The notes: generated by a model from the sequence alone, not told the origin. A stretch of DNA of 64,000 bases from Amoebidium appalachense (GCA_963693365.1 CAVNZM010000001.1:11744161-11808160); one strand, 5' to 3'; shown: positions 13,244-58,683, counted from the stretch's first letter. A program made the numbers and translations.

Positions 13244-13828
13244 AAAGACACCAGGAGAAAAAAAAGAAAGAAAAGCGAATAAATCCCACAGACACACACC
13301 CAATCACTCCCCCCTCCCTCCCCCCCCCCCAACCTCTCCCCCCACCGGGCCCCAACAACAACAACACTGCAACGACAAGTTTCTGGTGGTACAGCTCGGC
13401 AGTAGTGTTGAGGCGAATACTATCAAGCTAGCTGCATTTGTGTGTATCGTCCAACTTGGTGTCGTTTGTGCTGGCTTCATGTGTGTACGGTGTGCGTGCG
13501 CGCGCGCGTTTGTGCATGTGGTTGCGTGTGTGCGTGCTTGCGGATGTTGCCGTGAGTGCGTGAGTGCGTGAGTGTGCGCGTGTGTGTGGTGTGTGTGTGT
13601 GTGCGTGTGCGTGTGTGCGTGTGTGCGTGTGTGTGTGTTTGCGCTATGTGTATGTACATGTGCTTGTGTTTGTGTGTGTGCGTGTGTATGTGTGACACTG
13701 CATGTGCATGTTGCGTGTGTTTGCACATGCACGTGTGTGCGTGTGAATATGTGAGCGTGGTTGCTGGTGGATTTAATGTTGTTGTTTCTTTCCCTGAGTT
13801 TTTTTGCCGCCTAGGGGTGTGTGTGTGT

Positions 13829-13862
<34 letters not shown>

Positions 13863-14086
13863 GGGGGGGGGGGGGGGGGGGGGGGGGTGTTTAGCCCCTT
13901 CCGCCCAACCCAAAAAACAAAACAAAAAAAAAAAAAAACACTTCACACACACAGGGGGGTGGGGGAGAGAGAGGGGGAAAGGAGGCTACGTGTGCCCCCC
14001 CTCCTCCTCCCCCCCCCCCCCCCCCTTCTTTCCCCAATCGTACCAAGCCTTCCCCCACCGACTCCTTTCAGCCTTTCTTGCTCCAA

Positions 14087-14962
14087 CTCCTCATGTACAC
14101 AAACGTTTCACAAAGTTAAACGACCTGTACGCAAGTAGATGGGTTAACCCTACGGTTATGCATACACAATTATACGTACATGCCAAACAAAAATACTGGG
14201 ATATTCAAGGAGATAATTAGGCCATTCGAGGAGAAAACAGTATCCGGAACTATAAACCCTACGGTTATACATATACAAATATATGTACATGCCAAACAAA
14301 TATACTGGGACTGAGTTCTACGAGATAATCAGGCCATTCTCAGAGAAAACCGATATGTCTCCATTCAGATAGGGCTAAAGGGATAGATGATCGGGATAGA
14401 TAGTTCGAGATTTTGAGATTATCTCATATATGACATGATAGTTAGGTCACAGAATGGGATAGAGCGAAGGGATTATACGGACAATTTTGGGTTAGAGTTA
14501 GATAACCCTAACTCCTAACTTAGATAATTAGATATATCAAGCTTACACTCAGCTCTAGATATCACTTTAGTCACGTGTACGGTAGGGCTTCCAGAGTTTT
14601 TACAGGTTGGGAATAAACGAGCAGTGTGCGTCCAGAGAATCGCGCAAAGACACCGTATGCACTGACAAACGAACAAAGAGAAGGCACGGTAGAATATACA
14701 CAGAACACCCGTTAAATTCTTAAACGGCTAATCCGTATCAAGCGTATCATCCGACGGCCACAATAGTTTGAATATACAATTTTGAAAGCACACCGTGTCA
14801 AATTCTTAGTCCCATCAATATTAGCCACTTGACTAGTACAAAGCATATGTCAAAATCAGAATCCCTGACACAACAGTAGTCACTTAATTCTACAGAAAGC
14901 ACACACGTCGAATTCTCAGTCTCCAATCCAATATCAAAACCTGTCTTATACCGTTCACAACA
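14087..14962 (-). mobile_element. 876-bp LTR-like insertion inside an exon
   Basis: AT-rich block starting TGTTGTG on the minus strand, flanked by direct repeat GCTCCAA (14080-14086, 14963-14969). It contains an internal ~110-bp tandem duplication (~14145-14350). Confidence 0.55.
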
Positions 14963-16207
14963 GCTCCAAGCCATCCACCTCTATTTTTTGCCATACCGCC
15001 AGTTCAGTTCCCGTCCAGGTGACACCCACCCCCCACACCCGCAACAGCAGCCGGGCCTTGCGCCCCCTCAGAGGCCCGTCCACCCTAGCGAGAAGAAAGG
15101 GTGCTAGCGACAGCTGCAGGCGTTGGCCGTGCCATGTTGCCAACATCTTGATGTTCGACTTCCTGGGAGGTGTGAAAGGGTGAGTTGGGCACGGGGGGAA
15201 AAGAAATATGTGCATGTGTGGCAACCGCGACTGTGTGTAAACGTGTGCCTAGATATGCTGCGAGGCTTTTGGGAACCACTAAAAAGGCCGATACTGTATT
15301 TTTGAGAACACTTTGAGATGGGGTAAAAGGCTGTGCTACTCGAAGAATATAGCTTCACGGAAGGGGGGCGGTGGTGGAGGTGGCGGTGTGTGTGTGTGGG
15401 GGGGGGGGGGGGGGGGGGGGGGAGGGGGGGTAGAGAGAGAGAGGGGGGGGGGGGGGGGGGGAGGGAGAGAGAGAGAGGGATAGAGCTAGAGAGAGAGAGA
15501 GAAAGAAAAAAGAAAGAGAGCTTGAGCACGAGAGAAACGAGAGAGAGAAAGGGGGAGGGGGGAGGGGGGGGGGTAGAAAGAGATGGGGGGGGGGGGGGGG
15601 GGGGGGACGGGAGAGGGGGGGCTCCCTGAGGACAGAGCCATGGAGGTGGGGGGGGGGGGGGGGGGAGGGGGAGGGAAGAGTTCCGCACAGCCGCAGGCAT
15701 AATGGGAGGGGGAGGGGTAGGGAGACAAAGGGGGGGGGGGGGGGGGGGGGGGGGGGGAGGGGAGGATCGTTGGACCTTATATCTAGAGTTTGGTAGGTGG
15801 TTCTGGGTGGCGGTGGTGGTGGTGGTGTTCGGAGGGAGGGGGGAGGGGGGGGGGAGGGGGGGGGGGGACAAAACGTTTACGCCTGACAACATAATGCATA
15901 GTACAAAACAAAAAAAAAAATGTGAGCAGAGCCCACCTACCCTCAGGGCGGGTGCGGGGAGACTGCGGGGAGGGAGGTGGGGGGGGGGGGGGGGGGGGAG
16001 GGGCAGGGGGAGGAGCGCGGGAGCGGGAAGGGGGAAGGCGAGGGAGGGAGGGGGTGGAGGGGGGGGGTGGGGGGGGGGGGGAATGGGAGAGGGGGATCTC
16101 TGGACCATAACCTAGAGGTCGATATTGGTGATGGCAGTGGTGGTGGTAATGGTGACAATAAGGGGGGATGGGGGTGGGAGGGAAAGGGGAAGAGGGCGCA
16201 GCGCAGG

Positions 16208-16289
<82 letters not shown>

Positions 16290-16885
16290 AGGGAAAAGGA
16301 GGAGGGTTGGATGGGGATGGGGATAGGGGAGGTGGGGGGGAATTGGGTGGTGGTAGTGGTAGGTAGGGGGGGGGGGGGGGGGGGGGGGGGGGAGCGGATA
16401 TATACGTGATTGTGGCATCCATAGCGACATTGGGCAGCTTCGCGAGTTTGATGGCCGACTTCACGTGGGGTCTTGTAGAGAGGTCGGTCACGGCACGGCC
16501 CAACAGCCATTGCAACTCCCGATCCAATGCCGTGAACTGCCCCTCAACCCCCACGTGGTTGCTGGGCGCATGCCCGGGCAGTTCTTGCAGTGACGTCAGC
16601 AGCTGCGGGTGGGTGCCGAGTTTGAGCCAGTGCCGGCGCTCCTTGGCGTTGATGGACTGGTACAGGCTGGATGCAAGGGCAGCAGTGTTGACGTTTGCCT
16701 GACCGCGTTCGGGCCCAATGGGCAGGGCCACACGCATAGGCTGCAGCAGGTGCATCTCGAACGTGTTTGCACGTACCGGGTTGATGCTGGGTCCTACACC
16801 CTCGTAAAAAGCCAGCATGGTGGGTGTGTGCTCGGGGGAAGAAACATCTGTCCAGGTGAAGGAGGTGGCGCGCCACCTGCACGCT

Positions 16886-16943
<58 letters not shown>

Positions 16944-16961
16944 GGTGTCATGGTGTGTGTG

Positions 16962-16997
<36 letters not shown>

Positions 16998-17452
16998 GGA
17001 GCACGCGGGAGGGGGGCCAGGGGCAGAGGGGGGTTACAATATTGTGTTAGAGAGTACGAAGCACATATTCATGACAGACAACACCCTGCAGATTGCAAAG
17101 CAAACCTAAAGAGTATAGTGGGGGGGGGGGGGGGGGGGGGGGGGGGAGGGATTAGGGGGGGGGGGGGGGGGGGGGGGCAGGGTCCTGTGTATTTGTGGCG
17201 TGGGGAAGTAAGATCGAGCAAGACGTTAAAGATGGTGCCCAACACTGGGTCACTCCTGCCCTCAGGTCATATTTGGGTTTTTTCTCAGAGGATGTCGCAT
17301 TGTGTTCTCACTAGCTCTCACTCCCAATTGGCACATTTCCGTAACTGTATGTTATTATATGTGCCTTTGTACGAAGTTCAATATGCCAAGTGTCATACAC
17401 CGTGGCATGCATGTGTTCTTACATGGCTAGGCACGGTCATATATAAAGTACG

Positions 17453-17897
17453 TGTGTGCTTGTATGAATATGCAGGTGTGTTCCTGTGTGTGTGCTTGTG
17501 TGAATATGCAGGTGTGTTCCTGTGTGTGTGCTTGTATGAAAATGCAGGTGTGTTCCTGTGTGTGTGCTTGTATGAATATGCAGGTTTGCGCCTGTGTGTG
17601 TGCTTGTGTGAATATGCAGGTGTGTTCCTATGTGTGTGCTTGTGTGAATATGCAGGTGTGTTCCTGGGTGTGTGCTTGTGTGAATATGCAGGTGTGTTCC
17701 TGTGTGTGTGCTTGTGTGAATATGCAGGTGTGCTCCTGTTGTGTAAATATGCAGGTGTGTTCCTATGTGTGTGCTTGTGTGAATATGCAGGTGTATTCCT
17801 GTGTGTGTGCTTGTGTGAATATGCAGGTGTGTTCCTGTGTGTGCTTGTGTGAATATGCAGGTGTGTTCCTGTGTGTGTGCTTGTGTGAATATGCAGA
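17453..17897. repeat. 36-bp minisatellite, about 12 copies
   Basis: Unit gtgtgtgcttgtgtgaatatgcaggtgtgttcctgt repeated head-to-tail without spacers. Confidence 0.95.
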
Positions 17898-18914
17898 CGT
17901 GCAGTGCAGATCCACGTCTATGCAAGTTCCCGCATTTGGTGCTTGCATGAACATGCAGGGGCTGTGCACATATGCATGCACAGAACATGGCTGGTCTAGG
18001 CCAGCAAGTAACTTTATCCAGTTAAACTCGTGTGCATTCCTAGCAAAACAAAATTGCCCTTACCCCTACGTGTTGTGCATATGTGTCTGCTTTTGCATGA
18101 CGGAGCTGGTGCCGTGCACAACCCTTTCTTCTGTTCCCAGGTCATAGTCTTCAAGGGCCCACACGTACCTGGGTTTGTCATGTTGGTCTTACTGTTGGGG
18201 CCGTCAGTTCACGGCACAAGGGCAGGCTAGCCTCCGCACAGCCAAACGCAACTCCTGCCGTGGGCTCGTGGAAGAACTCGGGTAGGAACACATTCCCACT
18301 GCTGTCAGTTAAAGCAAAAGTAGCCTCCTTCCTGCCCGTCTCGTTGACGTACCCCCAGACCCCGTCTTTGCCCTCCGAGTCGGTCTGCTTGTTGAGCGCT
18401 TTTGCACGTGCTGTGTTGTTGTCAGCCCCCGGAAGGCCGAAGCACTCACACACACGGGTCCAAATGGGCCTTTTGGTGCGCGGGAGGGCAAGCACCCTCT
18501 TCTTGATGATGTCAGCAGACAGGCAGAGGTCGTAGGCATTCCCAGGCAGGCGGGGGTAGACCATGCCGGCACGGGATGCTGAGGGTCTGACCTGCAGGCC
18601 CACCTTGGCCCCCACAAGAACGCACCATGCCACATCATCCCCCACATATACCTGCACGTGTGCGTGAGTATGGGTCGGCTCCTGCCTGTGTTTGCATACA
18701 CACAAACATACACACGCACACGTGCGCGCACACACCCACACCCGCACCCACACAGTAACGAAAGCATGAACACACATACCGAGCACACAGTGAGCACATG
18801 CACCCACACACAAGCATATCTAATGGCATCCATACACATGCCAGCCAAACACCAAATCCATGCACACGCGCGTGAGTGCACACCCACCCACACAACCACA
18901 ACCACACAACTTAC

Positions 18915-18953
<39 letters not shown>

Positions 18954-19256
18954 ACACACACACCGACCCCCTAAAAGCCCACACCAAGAAAGCTACGAAC
19001 TAGACACACCCACCCACACACACACATACACACACGCGCGCGCGTAAGCATATTGTTAAGCATGTATTCTAATCAACCTACGAATCCACTGGATGCATTA
19101 TGATACTTCACAAGCATCATCACACACACAAGCCAACCTCAGCACACACCAAGCCTACACAAGCACAGATACTAATCAAAGCACAATACTATATACACAC
19201 ACATAGGCACACTTTGAAATTCTAACCAAGCGGCAAATTCAAGATCCATCCTACAA

Positions 19257-21110
<1,854 letters not shown>

Positions 21111-21392
21111 GCTTTATCTCACACACTGGAGCGTGCACTCACACCAGGCTGTGGGCGAAAAATTTTACATGGTTTTTCGTAGTACCTCCGCTGCACAAGA
21201 GCAGTCATATAGATAGTTGTGCACAAGTATGCTAAAGCCAGACACATGGCTTGCCTGACATTCCCGACTTGACTAAACACACGTGCGTGACTATGATTTG
21301 CACAGTAGATGTTTTGATTGGCCCAGGGAAACTCACAACGGCTACCACGAAACTTGACTCTACAGTAACACACACGGCGCACACACACACAC

Positions 21393-21423
<31 letters not shown>

Positions 21424-21431
21424 TCAACCAA

Positions 21432-21494
<63 letters not shown>

Positions 21495-23010
21495 ACCTGA
21501 TACAAAAGAGTCCCCGGGGAAGCCGGACAAAAAAAAAAAAAAAAAAAAGGACGAGACCCCAAGTTGTACGGTACTTCATAGAGTGGGAAAGTTAGGATAG
21601 ATTATGATCACCCGACCTCCATGTAACTGATAAAACGCTGAGGGGATACACCGAGTAGAACTACAGCATACCCGAGTTTCTTGTGCGTCGAGGCAGTACA
21701 GGACACATATGGCACCCGCAAGGGAGGGGGGCGGGCGGTATCTGATTGGGTAAAAGGGGGGTCAGCGCGTGTTTACGATTGGGAGGGAGCGCACTGGTGC
21801 GTTTTAAGGATCGACCATTCGCCTAATATCATGCTTTTTTATTGCCGTGGGCGAAAAAAAAAAACAGCAGTACAGGACACATATCTCACATCCTGAAGTT
21901 CACTGTCGGTCTAACCCTGGATCTAAAAATAAACGCCATGATTCTAATGACGTGTTTGCGCAAACCAGTTACGCCAAAAAAATTACCAGCCAGTCCGGTA
22001 GTTGAACAGTTTTCAAAAAACGAAAACTGGTCCCCCGTTTCGTTCTTGCCGCTCACACACGCGGACTGACTGAAAAAGGCATGTGCCCAAAGATTTTATA
22101 AGTTGTGTGGAGAATGCTGATTGGATGATCTAAAACGCCCATATGGGGTGCTGATACTCTGGCAATGGACAATTTAAAAAACCAGACGCCTAGTCCGGAT
22201 GCAAATGCCATGCCACGTCACGGTTTGAAGAACAACCGTCATGGTGGCAAAGCAAAATAGCTAGCCATATACATGTTTTTACGTAATCTATTTCATGGAG
22301 CTTCTATTCACTATGATAGATCAAAATGGACATGTATTTGCTGGTAATGCCATCAACGTTACAAAACATTAGCGAATACGAAGACAGAGATTTATCGGCG
22401 ATTCGAGCACGAATCGAAGCACCAATCAATCCAAAACTCGCTTTCTTAGACTTTTTCAGTGGTGTTTTCGGTTTTGCAGTACAGGACACATATTATAGTA
22501 AATGGCATGCAGTTATGAAAGAACGCCCGAGGTTTGCGGGCCAAATCAATGACGTAATTTAAAACCAAGTAGTGACGTCTTTTGCATTATGTTAAAACGG
22601 CCCTTGATGCGTCATGATGTGAAACGGTTACGCGTTACTGCGGTTTTGATGAAAGAAAAGATCTAGAAGACAAGTTGAAGAGAAGAACGTTAATATATAA
22701 GTGATAGTCATAGGGGTATAGGGCTGCGAGTGTTCTACTATTCACCACATGTTTGTACTCAACATACCAGGGCATTATCACACAGGAACTGCGTGTATGA
22801 ACTATCAAGAAAACGAACTTCCTGAAGATTTCGCCATTTTTAAAACTATCAATTCTGAAAACGAACTTCCTGAAGATTTCGCCATTTTTAAAGCACACAC
22901 ACTACGGGAAGCACCTTGCACATTCCTCGATCCTCAAGGAACTAGACCTGAGCTTTCCTTGTTTTCCTTGGGCCTTCTCTTGGTAATGCTTTTACACGCA
23001 CACGCATAGA

Positions 23011-25938
<2,928 letters not shown>

Positions 25939-27906
25939 TGGGAAAGGTTTTTAAGGGTCGGGATGAAATGGCAATTGAATGGATGTAGATGTCGGCGGTT
26001 TGGGCCCATATGTATTTGGTGGGTGGGGGGGTGGGGGGGCGGGCTGTGTGCGTGTGTGCGGGTGGGTGTGAAAAGCAAAATCAAGTTCCGATGGCACCTA
26101 TTTACTCGTTGGGGCCGGCTTGTTCTTGTACTTCTGAAAGGTTTGTTTTTAAAATACCACGTGCTTATAAGGGGAAAAGGTGTAAAACAGACTATGTACA
26201 CTGTCAGACAAGCAAGATTTAGGGTTGGCCGGCTGAAATTGCACTGGCATGTGATGTCAGCCTAAGATACTTCCATATATAGAAGTATCTCAGTGTGACG
26301 TCATTTCAGATTGAAATTTTCACGGAGGTCTGTAGTCTGACGGGGTACGTACAAGTCTGTTTTAAACCATTAGTCGTTAATGGAAGGTTTGTGGAGAAAC
26401 ATGAGGCTGTCTTCCTATACTGCATGCTCTGTCAAGCTTGTATATAGTACATAACGGGCCGTTTAAATTTGCCCATTGTCGAGTAAATTTTTTGACGTGT
26501 ATGGGTTTAGGGGTTTAGACTTGACCACTACAGGGTATGTGCTTACTGTTTTAATGCTTCTACAAGATCTGGGGATGCAACTAGATCTATTTCCATGGAC
26601 ACCATATTGTTTGGTGATTAAACTTGAGGTGGATCAGCATGGTGGTCCTTTTCGGTGTTCCCCGGACACACGTTGCAAATTATCGTATGGACCAATTATT
26701 TTCGCGCGATCGCACGATTAGCCAAATATAGAAAATTGGACGGGAAGTTTTTGCGCGCCCAAAAAAAAGTTTTTATAAAACAATAAAAAAGTAGGAATAT
26801 ACACATTCACAGGGGAACAAGCGTACAAGCGCTTCCGCATGCATGTGCGCATACGCATGTACGGACACATGCGACATGCAAAGGAATATTTGTGCATGAA
26901 TGACCACCTAAGACGTAAATACACACACTTTGCCAGTCAAGCCATGACCTCCTATAGCTATACTTTTAAACATGTTAGTACATAGGAAGCCTTGCAATTG
27001 CATCAAGCCCCCGCCCGCCGAGTCCCCCGGGGCCCCCCCAACCAAATGTGTACAGCCTGCCATTGTGTGTGGTGTGTGTGTGTGTGTGTGTCTGTGTGTG
27101 TTCGTGCCACTACTGTGTTATAGTGCATTAACATGTGTGGTTTTGAAGGGGGCAGGGGCAACGGTACCGGTTACAAAATAGAAGTGACTGGAGCGCATGC
27201 TATGACGAATACTTCCCAGAACGGTTCATGAAATCGGATATTATCTTGCACACCTTGCCTGATGTATGGCAACTTTATTGATACGGCACATGTATACACC
27301 ACACCATTCCAAATGTACTCCTACGGAATATATGCAAACTACCACGTGCAAGAAATTGGGAAAATATGGTAACTATATATGGGCATGTGAATACGCCTTG
27401 TGCAGAGCCAATAATAGTATGCTTATACGGGAACCAAATTTGTATTACTATCTGAACCCTGAAAGTCGATGTTAAGCACGATCCGATTTCAATAGTCGAC
27501 ACTCTCTCCCACTCAACAAAACAAGAAAAAACCAAAGATGCTGCAACCAATGTACATCAATCGCTTCTGAGAAATACCAAAGAAAAAAACAAAAGAGAAA
27601 TGGAACAAGTTCACCACCTCCACGTACCCTGCCCACCTAAGCCAGACGTTACCACTTGACTGAACAATCATGCACAAAACATCACAGCACAGAGAAACAA
27701 AAAAAAACAAGACTAATCCCCCTCCCTCCCCCCCCTCCACACACACACACACACATGCCACCACCACCGCCGCCGTCGCCGCCACCACCCCACCCCACGT
27801 GTAATAATCTACATATGTCACTGTCGTTACCAATAAAGCAACCCTAACTCTCGTTGAATAAAGCAACCCTAACTCTCGTTGCTTTCAGAGGGAAACACAT
27901 TTGGGC

Positions 27907-54819
<26,913 letters not shown>

Positions 54820-55779
54820 TGCCAACGACTGTGCCTGTCACCCCCTGCGTGTATGTGTGTTCCTTGCTTAGTGCCGGTTGACATGAAAAAGCCAACCCCC
54901 GAAAAAGAGAGGAAAAGGACAGCTTGAAAACGTAAACACGAAGCCAAGAGTAAGGTATTCAAAATGCTAAAAATAAGATGGCTACCACCCCGGTTATTCT
55001 TGCAGAACCCCAGATGTCTCTTTCTCTACATCACTGGAATCCCAACTCACTTTCTGTGGTCCCCGCTCTGCCTGCCAACTCCTTTCTCGTTGCTCAAAGG
55101 ACAATGTGCATGTCAAAACACTAACAGGTGCACGAGGTGGAGCATAACAAGCCCCAACATCGCAAGCTCCAGGAACTTTCCGCTGTCACACCGAAAAGCT
55201 CCGTTTTCGTACCCTGAAACGACTCCCACACTTCAGGATCTTACTAGTCTGCAGTGCCAAACGCTCACTAGTTTTTTAACTAAAGCTGAACCCCCTATTC
55301 CCATACTATCCTAGTGTGACTAGCATCTGACAAGAAATATAACCCATTTCCTAACATACTTAGCCTTGCTTCTCGTGCTCGCTTGAACTTTATAGCTTGA
55401 CCTTTTGGTTGTCCGCACATCAGTTTCAGTTTCAGTTTCTGCAGAGTTTCGTGTGTGTGACAAAGTGTGACTCTCGGAGCTCGGAGAGCCGAATTTTTTT
55501 GAGACTGGAATCCGCTTCACGAACCGGGTCGGGTCAGGGATTTTCTTCGGAAATACAATGCACCTTGGAAACGGGCCGAACAAACCAGCAAGTGGACGTC
55601 TACCGAGAAAAACTTACAAAAAAAAATACAATAATAATTTTTTTTTTTTAAAAAAATAAAAAAAATAAAAAAAAATAAAATAAAAAAAGGGAAACATGCG
55701 TATGGGTGATGGTGGTATGTGTGTGTCACGGTGCATGCGGGGACAGGGAGGGAAGGGCCGGGGGAGGGGTGCTTCGAAA

Positions 55780-55808
55780 GAAAAAAAAAAAGAAAAAGAA
55801 AAAAAAAA
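55780..55808 (-). terminator. Pol III oligo-T terminator of the tRNA gene
   Basis: T-runs on the minus strand begin a few nt after the tRNA 3' end. Confidence 0.7.
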
Positions 55809-55813
55809 GAGAG

Positions 55814-55886
55814 AGGCTCGACCGAGAATCGAACTCGGGACCTTCTGCTTACTAGGCAGACGCTCTGCCATCTGAGCCATCGAGCC
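55814..55886 (-). tRNA. tRNA-Thr (anticodon AGT), intronless
   Basis: GGCTCGA TG GCTC AGATGGCA GAGC G TCTGC CT-AGT-AA GCAGA AGGTC CCGAG TTCGATT CTCGG TCGAGCC T. All four stems pair perfectly, no encoded CCA, and a downstream oligo-T tract is present. Confidence 0.97.
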
Positions 55887-55998
55887 ATGTTTGCTGCGGC
55901 CAGTAATGAACTTCTAGGTTCAAACTTATTTTTAGGCTCCCAGTACAGGGTTTACGCACGCACACAGGCACGCACGCACGCACGCACGCACGCACGAA

Positions 55999-56034
<36 letters not shown>

Positions 56035-56294
56035 CACACAAACACACACACACACACACGCCGTGCCACCACGCACACATACACACACGCGCGTGTGCAC
56101 ACACACACACGCACGCACGCACACACACACGCACACGCACACACTCGCACACACACACACAAACACACACACACACCGTCCCATACACACATGTACACCA
56201 GACACACACACACACACCAGACACACACACTGAACAACACATACACACACCACACACACAGCACGGGCACACACACGTGTGCACACACACACGA

Positions 56295-56325
<31 letters not shown>

Positions 56326-56352
56326 CACACACACACACACATAGCCAGTGTC

Positions 56353-56389
<37 letters not shown>

Positions 56390-56691
56390 GCCAGTGTCAC
56401 ACACACGCGCGCACACACAGACACACACACAGACACACACACACACACACGTACTGTACGCATACATCCACGCACGCACCGTGCATGTAATTACACAGGG
56501 GTTTACGCTGTTTACTCGAGGCAAAGAGAAACCAGTCTCAGGTATGGGGGGGGGTTTTGCTCGGAATATCCCCTCAGCGGTATATCATGATCACGTACAT
56601 AGATGTCGGGTGATGACTATATATTAGGGTTTACTTTCTCTACGAGACACCATAAAGACTACAAGGAGAAATCAATTAGTTGGGGTTCCCC

Positions 56692-56724
<33 letters not shown>

Positions 56725-56753
56725 GGGCTCCCCTGGGACACTCGGTATCAGCT

Positions 56754-56827
<74 letters not shown>

Positions 56828-57583
56828 TGCGCTATAATTTTGTAGTGATGTGTTTCTCAAGCCAATCAATGGCATCTAATAAACAGGTCGTAGTTACGCG
56901 TGTTTAGTATAAAATCAAGGATGTTGTAATTTACAGGTAGGCTATCTTTCTGGGTGTCTGTTGTGAATGTGACGTGTGTGTGTTGCGGTATTATGTGGTC
57001 TATCAAACTACATTTGGCGATACATGACCGGTTAAACTGGTGTGTGTGTGTTGTTTGGGCATGCAAATGATGCCACGTGCACCTTATACTTATTAGATCT
57101 CCACATAGTATAGCACGTGTACAGTAAAAGCGTGCAAGTCCACACACCCATTAATATTGAGCCCGATCGCGAATGCCACCGGGCAATACATATGCATGCA
57201 ACACCTTGCGCTTGCACCGTAAAATGGTCACAGTGTTTGATGATCGCATGCACTGTATATCGATATCCAAGCTGAGAACGGTGAATGTGCGGAAAAGGTG
57301 GCGCAGATAGGAAGGTTTGAAAGATCTGTGGCAGAAGTAGTGGAAGAATCCTGCGAATTTTACAATGCTGTAGGAATAATCACAGTATTCAAGTTGACAG
57401 TAATCTGCAAACGCTGAGCAGGAATTGGAAAAAATAGATAATTCTCATGCTGCATGTACCAGAACTTGGCATGCTGGAAAAGTTGAAAAAGCAGAACCTT
57501 CGAAATTCTGCAGAAAACAGAATTCTTCTGTGCCGAGCTAATATATGATTCTGCCGATGTGGTTAGGCTCTAAGAGAGGGGCT

Positions 57584-57614
<31 letters not shown>

Positions 57615-57845
57615 AGGAGGAGGAGGAGAGGGGGAGAGGGCTGGGAGGGGGGAGTTGGTTGGTTGCATTTGTTTATCATTCGGTTTGGCCATGGGCCGGC
57701 GCTTAGGGCTGTTGGGTGGCCTGGCTCCCCCATCAGCCCCTCTACTAGGCCCACCTCCACCTGCCCGCCAACCTTGTCTTTGCCTATGTATACGTCATAG
57801 GAGGAGGCCAAAGGGAACAACACCTAGGCCTCCGCCCTCTGGCTG

Positions 57846-57877
<32 letters not shown>

Positions 57878-58259
57878 TTCTCCGGATCCCTCCCCCCGGT
57901 GGAGGGGTCCCTTCTGATTGTACCTTAGCCCACCCACCCAACCCCAACCCACCACGCACTTACAATATGTCCACAAGGCTCAATTGATGTACGCCTTCTT
58001 CTCCACAAGGCTCAATTGATGTACGCCTTCTCCTCCAAGAGTTGACTGCAAGCATGCATGTTGCACCTGCCATGTACATGTGTACAGGTGTGTGTTGCAC
58101 CGCAAGTTACGGGAAATGGTCGGAAGTGTATGTGTCCACGAGCTACATAAGACGGGCGGGGAGTGGATGAAGTGCGCGTGAGCGGGGTGTGGAGCAGATG
58201 GGACAAAACACACACGGAGTTCAGTTAGTAGAAGGATTCACGAGCAGCTTTCAATAGAC

Positions 58260-58322
58260 TGTGTGTATGGGGGTGTGCAGTGTGATCCGTCCCCCAAGAC
58301 ACTGCACACCCCCATACACACA
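58260..58322. other. Perfect 24-bp hairpin with a 15-nt loop
   Basis: tgtgtgtatgggggtgtgcagtgt (58260-58283) and acactgcacacccccatacacaca (58299-58322) are exact reverse complements. Confidence 0.9.
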
Positions 58323-58683
58323 ATCACGCACAAATTCATAAGCTGGACACGTACAAAGTCTTGTTTTTATTAAAAAGACACCATAGTGGTGTTCCTGTAC
58401 ATGTGTGTCACTAGTCCATGTTTCGGAAGCCGGTTGAGTGTTCTTCTGGAGTTCAGGGAGTCATCACCTCCAGAAACATGTAGCTGTCGGGCAGCTAAAG
58501 ACTAGGGCCCAGAATGACCCCGTCTGTTTTTACATGCTCATTACATGAACCGTGCTTTGTGAGAGCTTCTGGTCCTAGCATCGTGGCTGATACAGGGTGC
58601 AGACTGATGGTTAACATCGTGACTGTTCATTTCCCCAGGTGAGCACTCCACACAGGAAGCGGATAATAACTTTTGACGCATTG

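Larger units (their letters stand above)
14044..18651 (-). pseudogene. Orphan multi-exon gene, probably decayed, possibly transposase-related
   Basis: Coding-like segments at 18651-~18170, 16876-16406, 15162-14963 and 14079-14044. The 16406/15162 GT-AG junction is in frame (DATIT-KSNIKML). The first segment has a stop before the best donor, and the third is split by an insertion. Confidence 0.5.

Noticed and set aside
17453-17897. CRISPR-like 36-bp repeats
   Set aside because: Units are contiguous with no unique spacers, there are no cas genes, and the context is eukaryotic.
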